Origin: Chrysomallon squamiferum
Taxonomy: Eukaryota > Animalia > Mollusca
Direction: 5' to 3'
DNA: 64,000 nt
Assembly (NCBI GenBank): GCA_012295275.1
Contig: CM022679.1
Coordinates: 7,750,001 to 7,814,000, forward strand
A program made the translations under genes and the position numbers. Of this stretch, positions 25,985 through 39,298 are shown one piece after another; within the stretch, counting starts at the first letter, position 1; each line of letters begins with the position of its first letter. The notes under the pieces were generated by a model. The model worked only from the letters and a program-made list of their open reading frames with translations. It searched no databases and had not been told where the DNA came from.

Positions 25985-27154
25985 ATGACAGATATCGACG
26001 AAGACAGTGATGTCGACATACCAGTCATCACTCGAATTGATAACTGGAAGAAAACTCCACCTGTTAAAATAAATCTGAACTCAGATGGTTGCATTGAAAT
26101 GAATGAAAGTAACAACTTGAGCACTACAGACATCAACAGTGACAATGATCTTCCAGATATAGGCATTAATAATTATTCAAATGACAGTATAGTTTTACCT
26201 CAAGATTTTGCTATGGACATAAGTCCTTCAGTTGAAACAAACAATACCTCTTTCACATCATCAACAATGATAAAACATAATCCTTCAACATCTTGTGAAG
26301 ATTTAAGTAATGGAGGGTTAAGTGAATGTAAAAAAACATCATTTTCATCAGAACAAAAAATTCCTTTAGAAATTAGTGATGATTCTGATGATTCTATTCT
26401 ATCAGTTTCTGAAAAATTAAACTTTCCAGTTAGTCTTTTAGAGAGATGTAAACAAAAAACTAAGTTTATGGATGATAATTTATCAGAATCAAACAAAATA
26501 TGTAGAACTGATGAAGAAGTAGAGTCAGTTGTTGTCTTGCCAGATTTAGTAGAAAATGATGGTGATCAGGAAAATTACACTCTCGACAGTAAACTGAGTA
26601 CTACAGCAGGAGCTTTCTGCGAAAAGACGAAACCATCGGGAAAACGAACCAAAGAAGAAATAGCAGAAAGTAAAAGGGAGGCAGAGGTAATGAATGGTGT
26701 TTAATAACACTTTTTGTTGTTAATGATTATCAGAGTTCATGTTGTCATGTAATGGTGGTTTTCAAGATTTATTCTGCACTTTGTTGGTAATTGCTATGCT
26801 GTTATTTTACATGTTTACCAAGAACTTTGATACACTAGTTTAGAGACAATGGACATCATAATTATTGATTCTTTGAGTTGTTTGACCCATAATGCCTCGA
26901 GGAAGATCTCTAAACACATAGCTAAAGCCAATATCATTTACACATACATGACATAGGTACATGTATCAGTTTTGTGTATCTGTATATTTATATAATTTAT
27001 GAGAGAAAGATGTATTTAGTTGTATGCTGTTGATTCATATTAGTTAACCAATGCCAAAATAAAAGTAAAAATAGTATGTACACATATTTCCTTTAAACAG
27101 TGAAAACCAATTTAAGTGAAATTACAAAATAATTATGCATTTGTAATATACTAT

Positions 27155-27189
<35 letters not shown>

Positions 27190-27909
27190 ATTATTTTTTA
27201 TTTGATGTTTTTTTTTAATCTTTTTTGTCCTTCATTTTTCTATTTAAAAAAATAAAATAAAAATATATATATATACAATAAAAATAAAATGCTATTGATA
27301 TATAGGAAGTCATTTAAAAGTTATTTTTTATATATTTATAATTTTAGATGAAGAAAGCTAACCGTGAACTTGAAAGAAAAACCAAGAAGGCAGAAAAAGA
27401 AAGAGAAAAACTACACAGAAAGATCGAGCAAGAAAGCAAAAGACATTTCAGACCTGGTGAATGTGTTAAGGTATATACAGTTCAGTGACTGTAGGACATT
27501 TTTGTTTTCACTTTCAAACCTATATACAAATCTGTGTGTGTGTGTGTGTGTGTACTTTTGTTTACTTTTGCTATTTTCTTGTTTTAAAATAGTTTTATTA
27601 TTTTTTCAGTACCTAACTGTTTGTGTTGATCCTGGTATAATAAACAACAACGTCATTGCAGCCCCACTGTTCAAAGTGTGCTCTGATCTTGATGTAAAAT
27701 GTATTACAGAAACGCAGCTTATTCCAAACTCCATCACTTGGCGCCGAGAAATTATTGACACCAGTCAGGTGAAAATTATAATTTAACAACAGTTATTATT
27801 TAGTTTTAAATAAAAATTTAATATGAAATAAGTAAATAATAAAAAAAAAAAAAAAAAATATTTATTTAGTTTTAAATAAAAATTTAATATGAAATAAGTA
27901 TATAATCAA

Positions 27910-27940
<31 letters not shown>

Positions 27941-30900
27941 TAAAAAAAAAATATATACAGTTTTATAGCATTGTACAAAATGTTACAAAGTAGATAATCA
28001 CACAGAAAATGAGAAAGGAAATCAGATATTGCCACTGTTTTTGAACTTGCGACAAGATAATTTTTATATATACCTTCCCATGGATTGCATATATCACACT
28101 GCTTGAAAAATGACTAATGGGATTTTGCTCTTGAAATCAATGAAAGTCACAATTCTGTTACTAAGGTATGTCCTGCTCCTTAATTAGTTTAAACACTATC
28201 AGCATCCTAAAGTTAATAAGAGTCATTAATAGCAATTAAACCCTCATAACTAAACAAGATGTTGTTAAATATAAGTTGATTTCTAAGCTGGTATTATAAG
28301 TCTTGGATATCATATCATGATAAAGCAGTTTAAAATTTCTTATATTAAATAGTAAAAAAAAAAAAATCAGAGGAATATTGCTGTCAGTCAGAGGGAGATA
28401 ACTCTTTATGTTATGTTGCAGTCAGAGGAATGTAAAAAGATGGAGATCACAGAAGATAATATATTGGTGATGATTCCTATTAGTGACTTTCTGAAAATGA
28501 TTCATCTACATGCACGTGTAAGTATCAGTGAAAATTAAAAAGAATTAAATAAAATGGTTTTAATCAATATTCAACATTTAAGTTTCAAATACTTTTTTTC
28601 TTTATTTAACTGAAAACGGGTTAATTTTTCTTATTATATTTCCTTTTTAAAAATATAAAACAAAATGTGCATGTGTGAGTAAAAAGTTGTTTATGTCAAA
28701 GTTTTTATATTTTTCTTTACTTTCAGTCACTGAAAACTCTGTTTCTTTATAACTTAGAATTCAAGATACTGTTATTCAGTTTGTCTTAACTTCACTACTT
28801 TAAAAAATAATAATGCAGTTACGATGATGTTTGTTTATCATAAAGATGATTATAATTTTATTCTATTCAATCTGGATGGCATAGGCATTTATTTTTTTAA
28901 TAACTCTTTTTTTTTTTTTTTGTATGTTTTCAGCAGCAACATGGTATTGGTAATAGTGAAGGCCTCACTTTAAAAGAATATATACAGTCAGTTCAAGCTT
29001 GCTGTACAGGGATGGATGTCTCAATGTTTGTTCTGGGCATAGAAAATTATTTTAAGTATGATTTTTTATTACCTTGGAATACTGAATATAATAAAAAATA
29101 ATAGGTTTTATTTATGTAATATATGAATTTTTGTGTTCTCTGCATGTAATTAAATTCAGAATTTATCATTTTGTGTAAATCTATCCAAAACTAAAATATA
29201 ATTTATAAATTTATTATATTTTGTGTTATCAGATGTAATTTTGAATTTCTTTTTTTAAATAATACATAATATCATATATCAATTAAATATTTACTTTCTT
29301 TTATGGTTCTTTTCGTTATTAAAAAGATAGTAATAATAAGTAATAAAAGCATTTTGAAACATTTGTTATATGAGACATTGATCAGTGGTTTAAATTACCT
29401 CTGTTTATTTGCCACAGAGAACAGAGGTTGGCTGCAAAACGTCAGTTCAGAGAGGAAGTCAGAGGAGCAAAATCTAAGAAAAACCCCAGCAAATGATGGT
29501 TTGCCAATAGTCTCAGATATCGAAATGGAAGAGGTATAAAATCCATAGGATATATATGTATACTATGTTTGGTTACTTGTGCACAGCAATGCTTGAATAT
29601 TATATGTATACTCATATTTACAGGGCAGAATTTTTTTTATTATGTCTTTACATGTACATACTGGGGATCTACATTGTTACTTCTACACGTGGATGTTTGG
29701 TAACATTTATTTTTATGAAATCATTTGAAATACAAACTTGGTTATATTTTTATCTAGGCAAATGCCTTTGTGCAACGAAGGTTGCTTTTGATAAATCTTG
29801 GATAAAAACATTTAGATAACAAATAAATAGAACCATGGTGTCAGAAGATGACACTTTTAACAAAATTTAAATAACGATCTTCATTCATCATTAAAATGAT
29901 TATAATTTCATTCTTTTCAATCTGTATTGATAAAGGCATTTACATTTATTAATAACCTTACACCTGTTTTCAGACAGTTACATATGTATTAATGCTGGGT
30001 CAGAGAATCTGAATTTGATTTACTGCCAATATACGTTACATAGTTAAAAGTAAATTTGAAAGTTAATGAAATTAAAATTTTACTTTTAGGCCTTAGTTGA
30101 TGCCCAGCTGCACACAGGCTGTATTGTGAAGTTGTTGGATAAAGGAGATGATGTAGCTGATGTTGTTAAAACTTTCACTAAGGCAGTAGCTGACAAACCA
30201 GCTAAGTAAGCAATGTCTTAATTTTCTCACTCACATCTGAAAGTCAGATTTCATGAAGCATTGTTTCAGTTAGATTATTTTATTTTTATGTAAACCTTAA
30301 AAAAGAAATTTCAAAAATTCCCCTTAAGTTCAGAAATGACTTCAGCTTACTATGTTGTCTAATCTTTATTCTTTATTTGTCTCTCAAGTGCTTGTTTTGG
30401 AAGTTTGTTTTTCGTGTTTTATTCTTCTTTTTTTTTTTTTGGGACTGGATTATTTTTTAATTATTAAACTGAAAATAAATGTAAACCTCCTAATTGTAAA
30501 TATTAATTTTCAGTACAATATCAATCCAAAAATATTTTCGATGTAATAATTATCATAATTGTGTAATTGCCATCATCATCAAAATGCTAACAAATGTAAA
30601 AACAGCAAAGGACTTGCTGTTAGAAAAACAAATTTTTTATTATGTAATAACTTTCATTTCAGAAAGGATCGTCTTAACAACCCTTTCAACTTTCTGGAAG
30701 AAGGTACATCTGGTGTGAAAGTAGACAAGAATGGTTGTGGCTTGCTTAAAGTGTGGAAACATCAGCTGTTGCAGTTTCCACATTTAGGACCAGAAATGGC
30801 TGAAGCTATTGTAAAAGCTTATCCTTCTCCTAGAATGTTGTTTGAGGTAAGAGCTGCTGTTATTCAGTGAACCAAAGGCTACAAGTTACAGCTCAATGAC

Positions 30901-32146
30901 TAGAGCACTGGGTTGAGATTTGATTGTTCTTATGGTTAATTCCAAGTTCACTCATTATGCTAATTTTCTGTTCAGTCAGTGTCTCATAACAAATCTGCAT
31001 ATTCAGAGGCCATAGTTTGTTCTTTCCTATCCATAATTAGATGCATATACAGGATCATATGTTTCTAATGACTAAAGTCTTTGGAATTTCAGCAGAATAC
31101 TTTTAAAGTTATACACATTCAGCATCAAAAATAATTCTTATAAATGAATCAAAGTAATTTAAGATTATTATTATTACTGAAAAATGTTATGAGTCATGAA
31201 TAAAATAGCTATAATAAAAACAACTTAAAAAATTTTCACGGTTTTGTATTTGTTAAACTTAATAATTTAAGCAGTACAAAAATTATTAATCCATTTAATG
31301 TTATATTCATTAAGCAAAATGCCAGTATGATATTTTTATATTATAAACACTAATTTTAGGATGCTTAGTGTTTGATAGTTTAAAAAATAGAGTTATTGCA
31401 TTTATTTCAGGCCTATAAACGTTGCTTAAATGAGAAAGAAGAATTGAAATTACTGGAAAATATTGTGGTATAAAATTTTGTTCTTTTGATATTTTGTTTT
31501 TGCTTTTATTTTTGTTTTCAAGAATAATTGTTGCTTATTAGTTTATTTAGTACACAGCAAATTTCTGTTCTTTTATTATTCTTTTTACTTTTACTGAAAA
31601 ACGAGAAAGAAGAATTGAAATTGCTTGAAAATATTGTTGTATAAATATCTGTTATTTTATTATTGTAGTTTTACTTTTATTTTTGTTTTTAAGAATAATT
31701 GTTGCTTGTTAATTTAATTAGTACACAAAAGTTACAATTTTTTTTTTTTTTAATGTTATACTTTAAAGAAAATTTTGAAATAATGTTTAATTTGAAATAA
31801 AAACACTGACAAATTCTGAGTTAAAATAATAAAAGGAATGTAAATTGGATTTTAGAAAGAGTATTCATTTTTATCCACATTTTTAGAATCAAAAGTTAAA
31901 AAGCTTTTTTGGAGTATTCTGTGTTATAAATTATTATGTCTATAGCATGCTACATATCCTAAGGATTTCTGATAAAGCATAATCAATCTCTTATTAGAAA
32001 TATTTGCTATATAAATCTCCAACATTTTTTTACAGGTGAGAAGAGGAGCAGGGGTGCTTGTAACAAACAGAAGAATTGGAAAAGAATTGTCAAAACGAAT
32101 TCACTCATTTATGACATCCAGAGATCCTTCATTTGTTTTAAAGTGA
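25985..32146 (+). CDS. EME1: Crossover junction endonuclease EME1-like (non-catalytic partner of MUS81), 10 coding exons
   Basis: Exons 25985-26686, 27348-27470, 27610-27768, 28422-28517, 28934-29055, 29418-29533, 30090-30205, 30663-30846, 31411-31467, 32036-32146, all with GT/AG. Motifs RPGECVK, PNSITWRR, EEALVDAQLH, FTKAVAD, GVKVD..G.GL.KVW, AYPSP, VRRGAGV..RRIGKELSKRI match the EME1 family. One extra base in exon 6. Confidence 0.9.
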
Positions 32147-34813
32147 AAACATTTTTTTTTTCCCCCCCCCCAATTTAAATAGCAATAAAATATTTATATT
32201 TTCACTTAACATTGCATATATTATTTACAATTTTGTGAAAAGATATTTTTGTGATGGGTTTTGTTTTATAAACTTTACTAAATCATGTTTATTTTTTTTA
32301 CAGAAAATACAGTATTGTAATAAAATATAATTATGTAAATCATTTTTTTTTTTTTTTGGGGGCACTTTTAATGTTTAAATAATAATAAATAAAAATATTT
32401 GTTTATTTTTTGTACAATATATTACAAAGATTAGGCAGATTAAAAGTATAAAAATGAAATCAGCCACAAAAAAAGAAAAAATTAAAATAGGGAATAAGTT
32501 GTTTTGTGATTTGAAAAAATAACATTGGAAGTGCTTTGTATTTTTTACATATCTTGGAATAAGCAAGTTATGAAACATTAAGTCTGAGTTATGCATTAGA
32601 AATAAATGTTAGGATAATTAATAAAGCAGTAAGTGATAAATTATGAAGCTACTTTTAGCTGGAGAAACATTTAGGATTCTACACAATAAGGGCCATTGTT
32701 TTAATTACAAACTTTTAAATCATTTTTGTTTTTTAATCCACAAAAACACAAATAACTAAGTATATTTAAAACATTTATTAACAAACAATATATTGAATAA
32801 TAAGTTAACACAACAACAACATACAGATAAAATATACTTTTTTATAAACTGATATCACTCAATTACTACTGAATAATTATCATTCTTTTACTTTGAATGT
32901 GATGACATCACCAATAATACTTCAGAAGTGAATAAGACAATGTAAAATGAGAACAAAACTTATTTTGAACATGCCCTATTGAACCAAACGTTTATGCCAT
33001 ATAGGTATGCATGTATGTATACACATATATAAATGTATTTAATAGTTGCAGTTGATAGCATGAATTCTCCAACTAGAGCCAAATGATTATTAAACTTTAA
33101 AACTAAAATGATACTTACAATGCTGATAATTAATAAGATACAAATTGAATAATGTTATGCTAAATTTTTTGTTGCACCATAAAGTTTTGCTTACATATGT
33201 AAAAATAATTTAATATAATGTGGTTATTTTTTAACATGATTGAATGTTCTGATATGCTGAAAAAAAAAAAATAATAAATGCGTAAACACAAAGTTATAAA
33301 TATATTCAACACTTCCAAACAATTTTGTAACATGGCATCAACAAGCTGTTTTTCACAAAACAACTGTTTTTACAATGTCATTAGCTGATTTAATATGCCA
33401 GTGATTTTAATAAGTGTCACCTGCCAGTAAATAATGAAATATCTACAATGAAGTGATAATTCCTTTAGTCAAATTACATCACCTAGTGTAATAAGCTAAT
33501 TATGTTATTGAGAAGTATTTAATAACTGCAGTAACTAATATTGCTCATTATCAAACACATCCAACATGGTTAATATCTCATTTATAACTGCTATAAGTAT
33601 TGTCAAGCTTTGAGAAATCAATAAATTGGCATTTATCATTTCTAAGTGTTGCCATCAACTCACAGCTTTCAGTCAATAACTTGAAACTATAGTCATAATC
33701 AATTTGTTACATGGTTATGCTTATGTACATATATAAGTGATCAATGTTGTTGGTCAAATGTTTACAAATAACAAGATAAAAACTACAAAGGACGAATTAC
33801 AAATGGAAGATGATAAAGTAAGAAAATAATGATTCCATTAAAATTCAATTATATTCAATAAAAAAAAAAAAAAAATTTAAAGATTAAAAATAAAATTTTA
33901 TCTATACCACTTTTAATAGGATCAGTCAGGCACAATTTCTTTGTGTCATTAATTTTCTTCAACTGGGCTAGTGTTATTTCTTTTAACAACCATGGAAACT
34001 AGATTTTAAAATAAATAAATAATATCTATCTGCAATTTTTATTTAGTTACACAACAATTAGCAATATTTTACTTAAACCAATGATGTACTATTAAAATTA
34101 TTCACAAAAGAATACAACTATTACCATCAACTAAATAAATCTGGCTAACTAAAGTGTGACAATCCAAATGTGATAAAATGTGTTGCCTTGGATACTATAA
34201 TTAACAAATCCCAAGAACCACATACAATAGAATCTATCTGATATATCTAATTATCAAAGCAATGGCTCCCTAAGCCAGAAACCGTTTTAACAGAAACAAT
34301 AGATCAAAGATGAAATATGTTATTCTTGTCTGATTCTCCCAGCATGTTTACGCATCCATTAAACTATTATTGATTATCAATAACTACTCGTGTGCATTTA
34401 CTTTGTACTGAGAAATAAGAGTGCAGTTTTATTATCAAATTATATTATTGCTTTACAGTATAGCAGTTAAATTTATAGTATGTCTAAGTGATCCTTATTC
34501 CTCTATTTGTGCACAGTATTTGTTTTATTTATTTTTTGTAATAATATAAATAAATATTTTCGCATGGATTGGTTGGAAAACATTTAATATGCTAGATCTT
34601 GGCCTAGGCAGTCTAAACAATATAATTTAGTGACACAGTTGTTAAAAGATTTGGTCCAAAATGACCTGCTCTTATAAATGATCTGCCTAGCAACTAGAAA
34701 TAAGACAATCCCAATATCTATTGATAATCATATTACTGCAGAAGCTGAATTGTTTTCAATATTATATCTACTACATAGCTTAGAAAATATAATAACAGTA
34801 ATAATAACAGTAA

Positions 34814-34851
<38 letters not shown>

Positions 34852-37393
34852 AAAGCAGAATTAAAATGATTTCAAAGGAAACAAATTTTTGAGTAACCTC
34901 TGTCAAGGAAAAATAAAATTTGTACTGTGAAAGCAATAATGTTTTCAATTAATTTTTTTAAATCAAAAATGCTATCTTAGAAACCAGGAAGTTCCAGTGC
35001 AGACAAATTATGACATGAAACTGTATGTTCTCTGTAAAAGAAAATAGTTTAAACAAGTGACAAAGAGTTTTTCTGTGACATCCCCATCCCACCACTTTAA
35101 ATAAATGTTTTATGAAAAAATAATAATAAAAAAAAAATGTAGCATTATCTAAAGCATAATAGCTACTCCAGTGATACACGAGTAATTTGTTTAAATTATA
35201 AACATTTATATTTCAAATATAAATACAGCGGTTTGTCTGACCTTTCAACAATCAATAAAAACCAGGTTATTCTTCTTTAGATCAATATATTTCATCTGGG
35301 AATTTCCATCCAACAAAAATAATAGCACGAACCTCATTCATCCTGATTATAACATTCATGTAAACATTAAAAGTATTACTACTATACAGCTAGTTGCAAA
35401 ATTTGTCATCAAAACACAACAAACAACAATACTGAAAAGTAAACATGGAAATATCTTAGTACAAATATAGATTCAGGAGCAAATAAATAAACAAATAAAA
35501 AGAGAACATTTTATATATTGCATGTGATCTAGATTTAAATGTGAGACACTGGAATTAGTTATTTCCTCCATCAATAAAATAATTTGTATTTATAAATTCA
35601 AACAAAGAAATAATCTTGTAATAATGATAAATCTATTGATCATATGTTAATGCTAATCCATTATAATCATAATTATCAGGCTTACATTTTGTTATGTCGT
35701 ACTCAATAGAAGAAATATAACTGTATTTAACTGTTATGATATTAATATCTCAGTAATATAATATTAGACATTAATTAATTAATTAATCATAATATTTTAT
35801 TCTTATATAACTAACATTATCTAAATTAATAACTGAAATATACACGTTTATTTAACAGCCACAATATAATATTTCATTACCAGCTAAATACATTCTCAAT
35901 ATAAAGGTTCTGTTAATTATTTCTTTTTTTGTTAAAAACAATACAACTGTTTTGATTTGGTCAAAAGAAATACATTTCTATCTTTATTTTTGTTGAAAAA
36001 CATGCTAAAAGTTCTCTAAAAACTCCCCTAAAGAATCGTAATTAAAAACCATAAATAAAAGCCAATGGTGTTTAATTTTTGAATACTGCTTCAATATAAT
36101 ACATGTTAGTATAAATAGCATTGCCATTTTTGATATTTAAAACACAAATGAGTACTGAGTAACTATTAAGCAAATTAACAGTCACATATCTAAATTTTAT
36201 TTGATTATGATGGTTAATTAAATGTGTATCAGTAAGTATGAAAGAGAATTATTTATTCAAATGGTGTTTAAACAACGTTAATTTTAAATGATAAATTCGA
36301 TGACAAAGGAGACTAAAACATAACACTGTCTATGTAATTATAAATATTCTAATATCAAATACACAACTACACATATTAATGATTAAATAATGGATACAAG
36401 TTTTTCATTAAGGGTTTCTTGGATCAACACATATAATCCTTTGCGATTAATCATCATTCACATATAAAGTTGAAGATATTTAGAATGAGTACTGAATACA
36501 GATTTTAGCCCCAGTTAAAATCTGAAAGAACTGAAATAATTTCATTTATTGTATTCCTTATTTAGAAAATGTAGAAATGATACCAGTTCATTTTTATCTC
36601 GATGTAAACTATATACTTTAGAAAAGCTACTGGTAATATATATTTCACTGAATTTTTCACATCTAATATTTTTCATAAAAAACATCTTAAATGCAAGGTC
36701 AAGATTCATAGTTTTCATCTCATATAATTGTTTCGATGCATAATCATGCAGATTATTAGATTAATAAAAATAATAAATAATTTAATAAACTCAGTTGTAA
36801 TTCCATGATACTTTTAAAGCTATCAGAAGACTATTGCTATGTAAGTCTATTATCAAATCACAGTTTTAATTTCTGAACATTATTCAGAAAATCATTCAGA
36901 AAAACGATATTATATATACACACACACATTTATATTTATACATGAATATAAAGTATAAGATATTCTAGTCTTAATTTGGATGTATCCAAGGAGGGAGTGA
37001 ATTTATACATGTATAAAAGAATATAAAAATGACTTTTTTTAACTTCTTAATTTTTTTGAGATTCATGATTAAGAATTTCTGTTTAAAGCAGAACATTAAT
37101 TACAATATATTTTATCAGTCCGAAATCAAATATTACAATTTATTTTTAAATAAAACTTGGATTAACAGTATCCCTTATATGACAAAAACATACTTTCAAC
37201 AACTGGCCAGCTGAATACATTTGGCAATTTTGTTGGCAAGTTACTAGATATCAGTTAAATCATAATTATCTAGGCATATGAAAAATAATATTTGGTCCCA
37301 GTTTATTGCAGCCACTGTGGATTAATGATACAGATTCCATTTCTAGATTCAAACCTTTCAGTGTCAGAGAGAAATAAACAGATTTTTATCTTG

Positions 37394-38298
37394 TCATGCA
37401 TAAAGTTTCATCTGCTGCTGGACATCATCTATTGATGTAATACCAAACTTCTCTCTCTGTTCAGCCATCAGTTTGAATATGTACTCCAGTTGCTCACTCT
37501 GAACTTTCCTCTCCTCTTCAAGTTGATCCTGTGTTAAATTTTCTTGGATCTTTTTAGTGGTTACTCTCTGTTTCACACGTTTTACCTCACCTTGAATGTG
37601 GCTGCAATATTCCAAGGGGTCACGACCAGACAATGGATTTCCTGAATCGTCTCCTGATAACACATATTTAGTTATTAGAACTATAGTAAAGCAATAATAA
37701 AAAAAAAAAAAAAATAAAAAAGTAAGAAAGAAAAATTACTAAAAGTCGCAAAAGAATGTAACAAAGAAAATTTTTTAAAAAATAAATAAAATAAAATAAA
37801 TGGTAAAAAATAGATGAATTGAACTAATAAAAGGTTTTAAAAAATTGCGTTTGTAGCCATCAAAAAATCTGTAACATTTACAATTCCCACTGGGGCTCAA
37901 TCAATGCAACACATTAGATTGATTAATGCAGATCTGTATCTCAAAATATTTTATGGTCTAAATGCTTTTACAGGAAATTAATTAATTTAGAAAATATCCC
38001 TTGAAAGCAGAAAACTAGTATCAATTATCTGATATTAACTTTGTTTTTTTTTTTTTTTCTTCTCTGTACTGTAACAGTTATATGGTATTTCCAAAGAAAT
38101 AATTTTAAATATGTATGCACTTATATACAATACATAATATTATATTTGGTTGTTACTATGTTAATTTCTAAGATGAGTATATAATATATTAATACTATAT
38201 TCTCTTTACTTTTTAATCAGCTACTTCAAGTACTTGTTAATATTGTGTGTTTTATCTATTTGTCTTTGTGCATTTGTGTGTGTATGTGTGCGTCTGTA

Positions 38299-38393
<95 letters not shown>

Positions 38394-38746
38394 AATATTA
38401 TTAAAATGAATCTGGCGACAAGCATTTTATCTTCTGTTTATATTCGATAAAAAAAAAAAAAAAATTAAAAATTGATGAAACAAATATAGATATCTGGCGA
38501 CTTACCCTCAGATTTATCTTTCTCGTTATCATCACTGACAGTAGCTTCTTTATTAGCGTCAGTATCAACATCTTTACTTTTGGCGTCTGCATGAGATTCT
38601 TTGGTGCTCGTTTTTTTACTCCAAAGGTTCACTAAAGTTTTGATTGTATATCTTGTTGAGACCGCCAAAGCAAGAGCAGTGAAAATCATTCCAGCCCAGT
38701 ATATTACTGAATTATTCGACAAAAACTTGAAGACTGAAAGATCCAT
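37394..38746 (-). CDS. MXRA7: Matrix-remodeling-associated protein 7-like (N-terminal TM helix, charged linker, conserved C-terminal helical domain), 2 exons
   Basis: Exons 38746-38506 (phase-1 donor G|GTAAG) and 37653-37394. C-terminus LTQDQLEEERKVQSEQLEYIFKLMAEQREKFGITSIDDVQQQMKLYA resembles the MXRA7 C-terminal domain. WAGMIFTALALAV is hydrophobic. Confidence 0.8.
38277..38389. repeat. (GT)n(GA)n compound microsatellite in the MXRA7-like intron
   Basis: Direct reading. Confidence 0.95.
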
Positions 38747-39160
38747 GACTGGAGACAATAAAAAGGGAACAAACGTAACAAAATGACAGATGAAAATAAA
38801 GCAAGCGACAACACTAACACTCTCGACGAATGCGAGAATAGGCGAGATTTCACCACAGGACAAATAACAAATCGGTACTAACCACAAAACCGATTGTAAA
38901 ATATTAGTTACAGAAATTAAATTATAACAAATATAATAATTTTTTGAAAATATAAAAGTTATATTTTAAAAATTTTAATTTGCTTATTATTTTAAATCTT
39001 TAAGTTGTTGAAGAAAGAATAAATGGAAATAGAAAAAAATTAGATAAAATATAATAACATTAAAACTTTCCTATATACGTTACTTTTCATATTTTACAAA
39101 ACAAATGTACCACAGCCAAATTTATTTTTGTGTAGTTTCCTCTTTTTATTTATTTATTTA

Positions 39161-39209
<49 letters not shown>

Positions 39210-39298
39210 TTTTTTTTTTTCTTCTTTTATTTTTTTTTTTTTTTTCTAAGATTTTAGCGGGTTTTAAGGCTTTGTCATAGGACCCAGCAAATAACAAG
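38747..39298. promoter_or_regulatory. Putative bidirectional promoter between MXRA7-like and NUBP2
   Basis: Start codons diverge ~550 bp apart; CpG-containing patch at 38805-38895. Confidence 0.55.
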
